Below the pieces are notes generated by a model that was given only the letters and a program-made list of their open reading frames with translations, ran no database searches and was not told the origin of the DNA. Shown here in pieces: positions 30,195 through 39,090 of a stretch of DNA of 55,654 nucleotides. The DNA is from Candidatus Uhrbacteria bacterium (GTDB lineage: Bacteria > Patescibacteriota > Patescibacteriia > JACPHY01). The translations under genes were made by a program, and so were the position numbers. The stretch lies in assembly GCA_016188355.1 (NCBI GenBank), contig JACPHY010000009.1, forward strand, positions 1 to 55,654, read 5' to 3'. Numbering within the stretch: position 1 is the stretch's first letter; each line of letters opens with the position of its first letter.

Positions 30195-30848
30195 ATGCGC
30201 CCCGCTCCATTCCTACTCGCCACATGCATCCTCGTTGGTGGCGCCGCGCTCTACGCCATGCGTCCTCCGACACGACCCGCACCCGTCTCCCCGGTATCTC
30301 CGTCCCCCACGGCTCCGGCAACAACACCGCGCAGTCCCAGCGTCCTCCCCACGGATCCGATCCGTGGCTCGGCAAACGCCCCGCACACCGTGATCATTTT
30401 TTCGGATTTCACCTGTCCCTCCTGTGCTGATGCCGCGCAAGCACTGCAGTCGATATACGCCGCGCATCCTTCCGACGTCCGCATCGTATGGAAGGATCTC
30501 CCCATTCTCGATCGCATCACCGGATCTCGAGCACTCCATATTGCCGCACGTTGCGCGCAACAAGAGGGAAAATTCTGGGAGTTTCATGATGCGTTCTTTG
30601 CCGCACGCCCCGCAAACGCGCGCATGATCGATGCGCTCCGCACTGCCCATCAAATAAACCCCGCGTCATTCGAAGCATGCCGCAAGGGAGCATCTGCAGC
30701 AGAACGCGTCGATGCGAACAAACGGGAGGCAGCTGCCCTCCGACTCACCGGGACCCCCACACTGTTCATCGACGGCACGCCAATGCCGCACGCAATCACG
30801 GCCGCCAATATCACCGATGCGCTCCGGACCGTGCGCGCACCGTACTGA
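30195..30848 (+). CDS. DsbA-family thiol:disulfide oxidoreductase
   Basis: N-terminal anchor; FSDFTCPSCADA (CxxC); thioredoxin-like length (217 aa). Confidence 0.8.
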   Translation: MRPAPFLLATCILVGGAALYAMRPPTRPAPVSPVSPSPTAPATTPRSPSVLPTDPIRGSANAPHTVIIFSDFTCPSCADAAQALQSIYAAHPSDVRIVWKDLPILDRITGSRALHIAARCAQQEGKFWEFHDAFFAARPANARMIDALRTAHQINPASFEACRKGASAAERVDANKREAAALRLTGTPTLFIDGTPMPHAITAANITDALRTVRAPY

Positions 30849-30858
30849 TGCCCGAACT

Positions 30859-32007
30859 ATGCACACCCCACCCATCGCACGAGCGACACTCCTTGCTTGC
30901 TGCACGCTCCTGCTCGCGTGTGCTGCGCAACCCGTTTCCGCGCAATCGTGTCGCTCCAACAGCGATTGTGCCAGCGGCAAACGATGCGAGGGCGTTGATT
31001 TTGTGGAAGGCCCCGGAGGACGAGGGAGGACGATTCCAGGATCCTGCGAACCCATTCCCGGCGCCCCCACCCCCACCTCCGCATACCCGTCCGAGTTCAA
31101 ATTCACTCCCGTGGAGCCGAAGATCCATTTCACGCCGCCGGAATTTTCGTTTTCGAAGGCAAAAGTAGAAACCCCAGACGGACGAGAGACCTACGTGAGC
31201 CTTCCTTGGCTCGCCGAGTACATTGGCGCATTCTACCGATGGCTCATTCCCGTGGGCGCGATCCTCGCTGTGGTCATCATCATGGCGGCCGGACTCCTGT
31301 GGGCAACCTCTGGCGGCGGCGGGCAAATCAAAACGGCGCAGCATTGGATTCAGAACGCCATTCTCGGCCTCCTGCTCCTGCTGAGTTCATACGTCCTCCT
31401 CCAAATCATCAATCCAGAACTCGTTCGCCTTCCCGCGCTCCGCGTACAGGTAGCGACACCAATTCAAATCAGTGATGACGCCGAAGAGCCGGAATCCGTC
31501 ATCGGCACCGAACCCGGGGTCTCCGTGCCGATCACCGGCGACAACATCCGCGTGCGGGGCGCGCGCATTGATAGCGGACTCCTGGAGCCACTCCAGAAAG
31601 CCGCGAAAGAACTTGCTCCGCAGGGAATCATCCTGAGCGTCACCTCTGGATTGCGCAGCCTCGAAGATCAAAAACGCCAAATTGCCGCGAAATGCAAAGA
31701 CCCGAAGGACCCCAAGTCATGCAGCGTTCCGGTCTGCATGCTCAAAAACGGCCCCTCGAGCTGCCCCCACACCACCGGTCGCGCGGTCGACGCATGGGGA
31801 TGGAAGGACGGGAAACAATGTCGACTCCAGAAGGAATGCGTCACCGGAAGCAGGGCCATACAAAGCCCCTCCACCGAACCCTGCCGAAACGACCCCTGCC
31901 AAGCCGCCGTCATCAAAGCAATGCAAAATGCAGGTTTCTGTAGCTGGCTCGGCGAAGCGTGGCACTTCGAGTACCCCAAGCCGGGCATGTCGCAACCATG
32001 CGTATAG
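30859..32007 (+). CDS. secreted fusion protein: Cys-rich N-terminus + TrbC/VirB2-like two-helix pilin-like domain + VanY/M15-type peptidoglycan peptidase domain
   Basis: ATG at 30859 (the track start 30712 overlaps the DsbA gene). Signal MHTPPIARATLLACCTLLLACAAQPVSA. Pilin-like hairpin FYRWLIPVGAILAVVIIMAAGLLWATSGGGGQIKTAQHWIQNAILGLLLLLSSYVLLQIINP. C-terminal SGLRS...HTTGRAVD...EAWHFEY. Confidence 0.7.
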   Translation: MHTPPIARATLLACCTLLLACAAQPVSAQSCRSNSDCASGKRCEGVDFVEGPGGRGRTIPGSCEPIPGAPTPTSAYPSEFKFTPVEPKIHFTPPEFSFSKAKVETPDGRETYVSLPWLAEYIGAFYRWLIPVGAILAVVIIMAAGLLWATSGGGGQIKTAQHWIQNAILGLLLLLSSYVLLQIINPELVRLPALRVQVATPIQISDDAEEPESVIGTEPGVSVPITGDNIRVRGARIDSGLLEPLQKAAKELAPQGIILSVTSGLRSLEDQKRQIAAKCKDPKDPKSCSVPVCMLKNGPSSCPHTTGRAVDAWGWKDGKQCRLQKECVTGSRAIQSPSTEPCRNDPCQAAVIKAMQNAGFCSWLGEAWHFEYPKPGMSQPCV

Positions 32008-32010
32008 CGG

Positions 32011-32084
32011 GCTGCAAGCTGCAAGCTGCAAGCTGCAAGCTGCAAGCTGCAAGCTGCAAGCTGCAAGCTGCAAGCTGCAAGCAA
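32011..32084. repeat. heptanucleotide microsatellite (GCTGCAA) x10 plus a partial unit
   Basis: Ten perfect head-to-tail GCTGCAA units at 32011-32080, then gcaa. It starts 3 nt after the TAG stop at 32005-32007 and lies about 110 nt upstream of radA. Confidence 0.95.
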
Positions 32085-32194
32085 TTAAGTATCGTCAAAT
32101 GAGACTCCGCTCAGTTCAATTGATGCTTCACTCTCTGATCGCTTATTCGTGCGAATAGTGGAATTGAAAAACCGACACCCACCCAAAACCTTCC

Positions 32195-33547
32195 ATGGCT
32201 AAATCTGCTGCCGCCACCATATACTCCTGCTCGCAGTGTGATGCCCAGCACCCCAAGTGGCTCGGGCAATGCACGACGTGTGGCGCATGGGGAACGTTAA
32301 CCGCAACGCGCGCACCGGTCGCCGCGCAGAACCATGGCACCCACCTCCGATCGGAGGACATCCCCGCCCTCGATACGGTTGATCCCACCCCCGCGCGCGG
32401 CACACCATCCGGCATTGCCGAATTCGACGCGGCGATTGGCGGCGGAATCGTAGCAGGAAGCCTCCTACTCCTCGCCGGTGAGCCTGGCGTCGGAAAATCC
32501 ACCCTCCTCCTCCAGGTCGCGCACGCTCATACCGCGCACGGCACCGTTCTCTATGTGAGCGGCGAGGAAACCGCGGGCCAAATTCGCATGCGTGCCGAGC
32601 GCCTCGGCGGCGCCTCGTCGCACATTCGCGTCCTGACTACCACCAACGCGCAGGCAGCACTGGATGCCATCACTACCCTCAAGCCTGCGCTCGCGATCAT
32701 CGACTCCATCCAAACGCTCAGCAACCCCGACCTTCCCGCGGATGCCGGCGGCGTCACCCACATCCGTACACTAGCCAACACGTTCCTCGCCCACACAAAA
32801 ACGACGAACGTCCCCACGATCATCGTCGGACATGTCACCAAGGATGGGGCGGTTGCGGGACCAAAAACACTCGAGCATCTCGTGGACCAAGTGGCAGTCC
32901 TCGAGGGCGATCCTGACAATGATCTCCGCTATCTCCGCATGACGAAAAACCGATACGGACCCACTGATATCGTGGGTGTGTTTACCCATACTCCCCAGGG
33001 CCTCGTGAGCTGTCCTGATCCGGCTGCGGCATTTCTGGGCGCGTCTTCCGCCGCGGTCGGCACCGCTACCGCAGCGGTCGCATTTGGCAACCGCACGCTG
33101 CTCGTCGAAATCCAAGCACTCGTGGTACGCACCCACGCCGGTCCGCCACAACGCCGAAGCATTGGCGTCGACATCAACCGACTCCATGTCCTCCTCGCGG
33201 TGCTCGCCCGGCATGGCAACATTCCGCTCGGCGCATTCGACGTGCATGTGGCAACCAGCGCCGGAATCCGTATAGACGACCCCGCAGCAGACCTCGCCAT
33301 TGTCAGTGCCATCGCCTCTGCGGCGACCAACCACGTACTTCCATTCCAGGTTGCCATCGGTACCGTACATCTCGATGGTTCCATTCGCCCCATTCGATCC
33401 ATCGAGCGCCGCATCCAAGAAGCGGTACGCATCGGCCGAACCCGCATTGCCGCTCCCCGGAGCACATCCCCCATCACCGGCGCACACCTCACCACCTGCG
33501 ATCATCTACGCGAACTGACCTCCCTCTTTCGTACCGAAGCAAAATGA
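32195..33547 (+). CDS. radA: DNA repair protein RadA/Sms
   Basis: YSCSQCDAQHPKWLGQCTTCGAWGTL zinc finger; GEPGVGKSTLLLQ Walker A; KNRYGPT motif; Lon-like C-terminus. Confidence 0.9.
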   Translation: MAKSAAATIYSCSQCDAQHPKWLGQCTTCGAWGTLTATRAPVAAQNHGTHLRSEDIPALDTVDPTPARGTPSGIAEFDAAIGGGIVAGSLLLLAGEPGVGKSTLLLQVAHAHTAHGTVLYVSGEETAGQIRMRAERLGGASSHIRVLTTTNAQAALDAITTLKPALAIIDSIQTLSNPDLPADAGGVTHIRTLANTFLAHTKTTNVPTIIVGHVTKDGAVAGPKTLEHLVDQVAVLEGDPDNDLRYLRMTKNRYGPTDIVGVFTHTPQGLVSCPDPAAAFLGASSAAVGTATAAVAFGNRTLLVEIQALVVRTHAGPPQRRSIGVDINRLHVLLAVLARHGNIPLGAFDVHVATSAGIRIDDPAADLAIVSAIASAATNHVLPFQVAIGTVHLDGSIRPIRSIERRIQEAVRIGRTRIAAPRSTSPITGAHLTTCDHLRELTSLFRTEAK

Positions 33548-33577
33548 GTCCCCTGAGCACCTCGTGCCCAGGGGACT
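33547..33577. terminator. hairpin between convergent radA and the zinc-finger gene
   Basis: agtcccctg / caggggact, 9-bp stem with 13-nt loop, starting at the radA stop codon. Confidence 0.4.
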
Positions 33578-33596
33578 TCTCCGTTCCGCTCGTCCG

Positions 33597-34031
33597 CTAC
33601 CGCATCACGCGAGCACGAACGGGCGCACTCGGCCGTCGCGGGATTTCCCGCCTCGCCGCGCAACCCGTACAGAGCTCGCTCCCCGCCAGCAGCCGAACGT
33701 CCAGCATGCGATCACCGCACTCACACCGCAGCGGCCACTCCTTCCGCTGCATGCGGTCCAGAATGCGATCGATCCCCATGCGCTGCCGAGAGAGCACCTG
33801 CATCCGATGCGTGCGGATCGAATGATCCACGTCGCCATCGGGTTCGTCGTCCTTGAGCGGCGACGATTGCTCGCCCTCCCGTATCGGCGCTCCCAGCGTT
33901 CGAAGTTCGCGCTCCGTTGCTTCTTTCTGCTTCGCGAGGGAAACAAAGAGTCGACTCTTACTCAGGAATCGACCCCCAATCCCTTTTGGCACGCTCCCCA
34001 AGGAACTCACTGCCTTGCGTGCGTTCACCAT
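33597..34031 (-). CDS. DksA/TraR C4-type zinc-finger protein
   Basis: C-terminal CECGDRMLDVRLLAGSELCTGC (CxxC-N17-CxxC) preceded by a charged helical region; 144 aa. Confidence 0.65.
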   Translation of the reverse strand: MVNARKAVSSLGSVPKGIGGRFLSKSRLFVSLAKQKEATERELRTLGAPIREGEQSSPLKDDEPDGDVDHSIRTHRMQVLSRQRMGIDRILDRMQRKEWPLRCECGDRMLDVRLLAGSELCTGCAARREIPRRPSAPVRARVMR

Positions 34032-34225
34032 GTGAGGCCCCTCCAGGCCGTTGCGATCCCCCTCACCATGAGTTCAATTGCACGAGGTGCGGCGCTGCGT
34101 CGTGAAGAATCTCGCAACCCAACGAACCCATTTTGCCCCGCACCAACATGCACGATACCGTGCGGATACGCGCCGTCAAGCAACGACACGGCTGGCGTCC
34201 GACCATCACACAGCACGCCACGCCA

Positions 34226-36280
34226 TCACTCCAGATGCGCGGCGCGATACTGCGCGCACACCGTATGCGGCAGCTCACGCGCAATACGCTGCGCACACGC
34301 AAACGTTGCCGCGCCGATCGCCGCAAAACGAAATGCAGGCCAACCGGACTGCGTGGTACCCACCACCGCTCCTGGACCACGTTCCTCCAAATCGAACTCC
34401 GCGACGGTAAACCCATCCGCACATGCAGCGATTCGATCAAGACGCGCACGCACTTCGGGATTCCTATGGCGCGTCGTGAGGTAGCACATGCTTGCCGCGG
34501 ACCCACGACCAACGCGTCCACGCAATTGGTGGAGCTGCGCGAGCCCAAATCGTTCCGCATCTTCAATAATGATCACCGTTGCATTTGGCTGATCCACCCC
34601 CACCTCCACCACCGTGGTCGCCACCAACACCTGCACCACGCAATCGGCAAATGATTGCATGACCGAACGCTTTTCGGTCGCGGACATCTTGCCATGCAGC
34701 ACATCAACGGTCGCTTCGGGGAATGCGCGGCGCGCCCGATCCACCGCCTCTACCACCGCCGCAGTATCCGATTCCTCTCCCTGAGCGATACTTGGACAGA
34801 CAATGTACACCTGATGCCCCAATGCCAGTTCCGCGCGCACCTCCACACTCATCTGCGCGCGATCTGCAGGAGCAATCACCACCGTACGAACGGGCACACG
34901 ATGCGGCGGCCGTTCATCCAGAAGGGACACGTCGAGGTCTCCCAATAACGTCAACGTCAACGTCCGCGGAATGGGCGTCGCGGTCATCGAGAGGAGATGC
35001 GGCATCCCTCCCGTCGCTTTTGCCCGCAGCGTCGCGCGCTGTTCCACGCCAAACCGATGCTGCTCATCAATGACCGCAAGCGCCAGTCGCGCAAACGTCA
35101 CGCGTTCCGCGAGGATCGCATGCGTCCCCACTATCACCCCCACATCACCCGATGCCAGCTCCCGCGCAATCGTACGCGGCGGTACGGATTGACCATCAAT
35201 CCACCGCGTCGTCCGCGTCCACAGCGCCACCCGAATACCGAGCGGCTGCAGCCAACGCAGCATTGTTGCTGCCTGCTGCGTCGCGAGAATCTCCGTTGGC
35301 GCAAGGTACGCGGACTGCAAACCCGCACGCGCCACCTGTGCCATCGCGATTGCGGCAATAACCGTCTTCCCGGATCCCACATCGCCATTCACGAGACGTT
35401 GCATGGGTCGCACGCCCTCCGTAGGAGCACTATGCATCGCATCCGTTCCCCCCGCGCAATCCTGCAACACCTCGCCCAATACTCGCTCCTGCGCATTGGT
35501 CAATACAAACGGCAGCGCCGCCCTGCATGCTGCGGTCACCGCAGGATCGATGGCGATATATGGCGCGCGTGCCTGGGTGCGTTCCTCTCGGGATGCACGC
35601 ACCCGCAGGCAGTACACGAGCGCCTCCTCACAGGCGAGACGCTCACGCGCATCGCGGAGCACCTCCCAATGGGGAGGGAAGTGCATGGCACGAACGGCGG
35701 CAGCGTACTCCAGTAGCCCTTCCGCCGCGCGAAGTTCTCGCGGAAGAGGGTCAACGAATTCACGCACCGCGGGAAGCGCCGCATGCACCAGCAGACGCAC
35801 CTGTTTCTGAGAGATACCCGCGGTGAGTGGGTAGATCGGCACAATGCGCCCCGCGTGCAGCGCGCCCGACACGTCACGCTCGATGAGCGGATGCGATATC
35901 TGCATCCCGTGATTCGCCATCTCTGGCACCCCAGCAACCAGCACCTCCATGCCGACGGCAAACGCATGCGCAAGATACGGCTGCTGGAACCAGACACACC
36001 GAATAGCGCCGGATGCATCCGTAATCATGGCCTCGGTCACCATCAGGTGCCGACGCGCCGTTCGGCGGTTGGCAATCGTCAGCACACGACCGCGAATCAC
36101 CGACCGCTGCCCCTCAGTCAACGCGGCAATCGTGGTGACGGTCTGTAGGTCCTCATGCCGAACGGGAAAATAGCGCAAGAGATCACCCACGGTCGCAATA
36201 CCCAAACGCGCGAGCGGCCGAGCAAGGGCCTTCGCAATCCGATGAAATTCCGCGATGGGCTGCGCGCTAGTAACCTCCAC
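34226..36280 (-). CDS. recG: ATP-dependent DNA helicase RecG
   Basis: Wedge/OB N-terminus; GDVGSGKTVIA Walker A; VIDEQHRFGV; helicase C motifs. GTG start at 36280, 15 nt after the upstream stop. Confidence 0.9.
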   Translation of the reverse strand: MEVTSAQPIAEFHRIAKALARPLARLGIATVGDLLRYFPVRHEDLQTVTTIAALTEGQRSVIRGRVLTIANRRTARRHLMVTEAMITDASGAIRCVWFQQPYLAHAFAVGMEVLVAGVPEMANHGMQISHPLIERDVSGALHAGRIVPIYPLTAGISQKQVRLLVHAALPAVREFVDPLPRELRAAEGLLEYAAAVRAMHFPPHWEVLRDARERLACEEALVYCLRVRASREERTQARAPYIAIDPAVTAACRAALPFVLTNAQERVLGEVLQDCAGGTDAMHSAPTEGVRPMQRLVNGDVGSGKTVIAAIAMAQVARAGLQSAYLAPTEILATQQAATMLRWLQPLGIRVALWTRTTRWIDGQSVPPRTIARELASGDVGVIVGTHAILAERVTFARLALAVIDEQHRFGVEQRATLRAKATGGMPHLLSMTATPIPRTLTLTLLGDLDVSLLDERPPHRVPVRTVVIAPADRAQMSVEVRAELALGHQVYIVCPSIAQGEESDTAAVVEAVDRARRAFPEATVDVLHGKMSATEKRSVMQSFADCVVQVLVATTVVEVGVDQPNATVIIIEDAERFGLAQLHQLRGRVGRGSAASMCYLTTRHRNPEVRARLDRIAACADGFTVAEFDLEERGPGAVVGTTQSGWPAFRFAAIGAATFACAQRIARELPHTVCAQYRAAHLE

Positions 36281-36295
36281 ATCTTCGTCCTCACC

Positions 36296-37231
36296 CTACT
36301 CAACACACTGCAGCAACCCCTTCCCCGGTAACCCACGATTCGCCTGAAGATGGACAATCCGTCTCGTCCCCTGACGCGTGAGCACCCCCACACGATACCG
36401 ACAATCTGGAGGTGATACCCGACCGGAGCGCACCGCTTCTTCGGGATAGTAGGGCAACTCGCCGATGGAACGGAAGAGGTTCTCTTCCACCTCAAAACCG
36501 AAGGTGCGTTCGTTCCAAATGTATGTATCCAAATCACGGATAATGAGTAAAATCAGCACCAGCGCGCTCGTCACAAGGATTGCGGCGGCATCCGGAAGCC
36601 ACTCTCCCGTTCGGCTGCCGTACAACGACGCCACGACCAGCAATGCCAGAGAACCAAGTACGGTCCAGGAAAATGCAGAAAGCGTTTTTGTTCCCAGCAC
36701 CAGCAATTGCTGTCGCGCCGTGGTAATGGCATCCAACTCAGTCAGGATCACCTGATGCACAGACCCGCGCTCCGGGATATATGGCAACGATCGAATAACT
36801 GCAACCGTCGCGTCAAATGCACGACGACTCCCCCGCACGTAGTCGAGTATCTCAAAATCCAACGAACAACGGAGATATGCATCCAACTGTTTCTGCAACG
36901 CGGGGATGGCGGGAGCGTGGTACACCGCAACCGATCGATACAACGATTGCCAGGTTGCCGTTTCCACCGCAATCAAACTCTTCGTCTGCACGTAATCGGA
37001 ACTCGTCACGTAGATATAAAATCCCGCAATGATGCCAAAAAGGAATGTACTCACCGTGAGAAGTGTCGATGCGCTGTCCTGATCGATGAACCCGATCGGC
37101 ACCAGAGGAAGCGCGAGCGCGGTGCACAGCAGGGTAAGAAAAAACACATTCCGCGTACGCAAGAGTACCGGAATTCCCCACAATCCCGGCTTTGGGATAT
37201 TGAGGCGCGCAGCCCGACGCGTGATCGGCAT
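36296..37231 (-). CDS. polytopic membrane hypothetical protein
   Basis: 311 aa with paired TM helices at both ends (FFLTLLCTALALPLV, TFLFGIIAGFYIYV, LGSLALLVVASLY, ILVTSALVLILLIIR). Directly upstream of recG. Confidence 0.6.
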   Translation of the reverse strand: MPITRRAARLNIPKPGLWGIPVLLRTRNVFFLTLLCTALALPLVPIGFIDQDSASTLLTVSTFLFGIIAGFYIYVTSSDYVQTKSLIAVETATWQSLYRSVAVYHAPAIPALQKQLDAYLRCSLDFEILDYVRGSRRAFDATVAVIRSLPYIPERGSVHQVILTELDAITTARQQLLVLGTKTLSAFSWTVLGSLALLVVASLYGSRTGEWLPDAAAILVTSALVLILLIIRDLDTYIWNERTFGFEVEENLFRSIGELPYYPEEAVRSGRVSPPDCRYRVGVLTRQGTRRIVHLQANRGLPGKGLLQCVE

Positions 37232-37291
37232 ATGCAGGTGTTCCCATGAGGGATAGGGAGCACTCAGTATACCAAAACATACCCGATCTGC

Positions 37292-37828
37292 TCACGGAAT
37301 TCGATACACGTAGAGCCGAATCCCTGGGGCCATCTCCACCACGTCCGCTGGGGTATGCAGGGATGAACCGCAGCCCAGCATCACAATCCACGTTCCTGGC
37401 CGCGTACGCGAAAACAGGTGCTGCTCCACCGCGCGAATGCCGCTGGAGTTCAAAAAACAGTACACCACGTCCACGGCGGCGAAATCTGCGTGTTCTGCAC
37501 GCGCGCATCGCACCGTGACGCGCGATCTTCGTATCCACGCGCGAATCCACGCAATCCACGCGTACATCGCCACGCATTCATATCCGATCACCCGTCGAAA
37601 TCCCTCCCGTTCCGCCGCAAATACCATGTTTCCCAAGCCGCTCCCCAGATCCACGAACACCGCTTCCGAGAACGGTATCGAGCAATGCGTGCGAAGATAC
37701 GAAAATACTGCTCGCGCGGATTTCCCCGGAGTTCCGAGATACGGAACACCAATCACCACCGTGCTCAGCACCCACACGCCAAACACGAGAAATAACGCGA
37801 TCACGATGACGGCAGCAACGATCTCCAT
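37292..37828 (-). CDS. membrane-anchored SAM-dependent methyltransferase-like protein
   Basis: ATG at 37828 gives MEIVAAVIVIALFLVFGVWVL (TM), then VFVDLGSGLGNMVFAAEREGF (motif I). Track start 37915 adds 29 aa (alternative). Confidence 0.55.
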   Translation of the reverse strand: MEIVAAVIVIALFLVFGVWVLSTVVIGVPYLGTPGKSARAVFSYLRTHCSIPFSEAVFVDLGSGLGNMVFAAEREGFRRVIGYECVAMYAWIAWIRAWIRRSRVTVRCARAEHADFAAVDVVYCFLNSSGIRAVEQHLFSRTRPGTWIVMLGCGSSLHTPADVVEMAPGIRLYVYRIP

Positions 37829-38064
37829 GTGGAACACAACACCACATCGCACCCATGCTGGAGGTACGATGTGGTGGATGATTGTTTTACGCTCCATGCC
37901 CCTCGTGGACCCCATCCGACCCAGAGCGCAGCCGAGGATGCGTTCGGGGAAGAAGGGCTTTGCCCGACCCCGAATGCACCCGGAGGCAAGCGACTGAATG
38001 TCCGTTGCGACCGATTGAAGGGAGTGGGCCCACGGGCGAACCGGGAGGTTCGTCCCGCGATTTC

Positions 38065-38139
38065 TGGTGCCCCCGTGAGGAATCGAACCTCAGTCTTGGG
38101 TTCCGCAAACCCACACTCTATCCGTTGAGCTACGGGGGC
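38065..38139 (-). tRNA. tRNA-Arg (anticodon GCG), CCA encoded
   Basis: Reverse strand: GCCCCCG TA GCTC AACGGATA GAGT G TGGGT TTGCGGA ACCCA AGAC TGAGG TTCGATT CCTCA CGGGGGC A CCA. Full cloverleaf with a GTTCGATT T-loop. Confidence 0.85.
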
Positions 38140-38205
38140 AACACACGAACACATACGACGCGCACTTCGAGTACCGTAGCGAAGAACTTCCCGCCCCGCA
38201 AGTAG

Positions 38206-38694
38206 CTACAGCTTCAGGATTCTCGCAAATACGTCCGAGGTCGGCTCCTCCTCGCCTTCGCGTTCCGGCAGATGCGCGCGAAGTACCCGACGCAATTCCT
38301 CGGGCTCCACCGACTCCACGGGGATGCCAATCCGGGGGCGAAGGTTCTTTCGGGGATGTACGTAGAGCACCGAGCGCGTTCCCTCAATTGCGACGACCCA
38401 GAAATCGACCAGCTCCGTAAATGGATACAATCGATCCTCCAGGACGACTCCCGATTCGGTAATCGTGCAGGTCATGCGCCGCGGCTCCTGCGTGTGCCGC
38501 AGATAGAACACGACCGCAAGCATCACCACAATCACCGCGAACATGAAATTTCGCGTGGTAAATGCGTATATGAGGAGCGCGGCGGCGATCACGATGGCAA
38601 TTGCATACCATCGACGATCGCGGTCATACTGCTCATACTCCGCAAACGTCCAAGTCAGGAGGGGCGTTTCGGGTGCTGGGGTTGTTTCCGTCAT
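38206..38694 (-). CDS. membrane hypothetical protein (two TM helices + small C-terminal domain)
   Basis: ATG at 38694 preceded by GGAGA. WYAIAIVIAAALLIYAF and FMFAVIVVMLAVVFYL helices. The track start 38754 extension looks non-coding. Confidence 0.55.
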   Translation of the reverse strand: MTETTPAPETPLLTWTFAEYEQYDRDRRWYAIAIVIAAALLIYAFTTRNFMFAVIVVMLAVVFYLRHTQEPRRMTCTITESGVVLEDRLYPFTELVDFWVVAIEGTRSVLYVHPRKNLRPRIGIPVESVEPEELRRVLRAHLPEREGEEEPTSDVFARILKL

Positions 38695-38817
38695 ATTCTC
38701 CGTGCACGTTGACGAAACAAGCCGATTCCGGTTACGCTTCTTGCAGCGTAGCAAGAAAAATCATCATCCGCAAACGCACCGTCGCGCGAGATCCGCTGCG
38801 TGCCGTGCGGGAAATCT

Positions 38818-38904
38818 GGAGAGGTGGCCGAGTGGCTGAAGGCAGCATCCTGCTAAGATGTTGAACTCGAAAGGGTTCCGAGGGTTCGAATCCCTCCCTC
38901 TCCG
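38818..38904 (+). tRNA. tRNA-Ser (anticodon GCU), no encoded CCA
   Basis: GGAGAGG TG GCC GAGTGGCTGAA GGC A GCATC CTGCTAA GATGT, long variable arm (GAACTC GAAA GGGTTC), GAGGG TTCGAAT CCCTC CCTCTCC G, followed by TTTTT. Confidence 0.9.
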
Positions 38905-38922
38905 TTTTTGCAAACGATACGC

Positions 38923-38958
38923 CACACCGCGCCGCACCACGACGTGCGGCGCGGTGTG
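38923..38958 (+). other. perfect 15-bp GC-rich hairpin between the two tRNA-Ser genes
   Basis: cacaccgcgccgcac (38923-38937) / gtgcggcgcggtgtg (38944-38958), 6-nt loop. It ends 4 nt before the second tRNA. Confidence 0.8.
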
Positions 38959-38962
38959 CGGT

Positions 38963-39046
38963 GGTGGGGTGGCCGAGTGGTTGAAGGCGCCGGTCTTGAA
39001 AACCGGTAACCCAAAAGGTTCGCGGGTTCGAATCCCGCCCCCACCG
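38963..39046 (+). tRNA. tRNA-Ser (anticodon UGA), no encoded CCA
   Basis: GGTGGGG TG GCC GAGTGGTTGAA GGC G CCGGT CTTGAAA ACCGG, long variable arm, GCGGG TTCGAAT CCCGC CCCCACC G, followed by aattttt. Confidence 0.9.
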
Positions 39047-39090
39047 AATTTTTGTACGATCATGTGCGTTAGATAGCCCCGATACCGTGT

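Noticed and set aside
32011-32084. Possibility that the GCTGCAA array or the miaA repeats (6207-6328) are CRISPR arrays.
   Set aside because: A 7-nt unit with no spacers is a microsatellite. The miaA repeats are two in-frame coding copies. No cas genes are present in the window.
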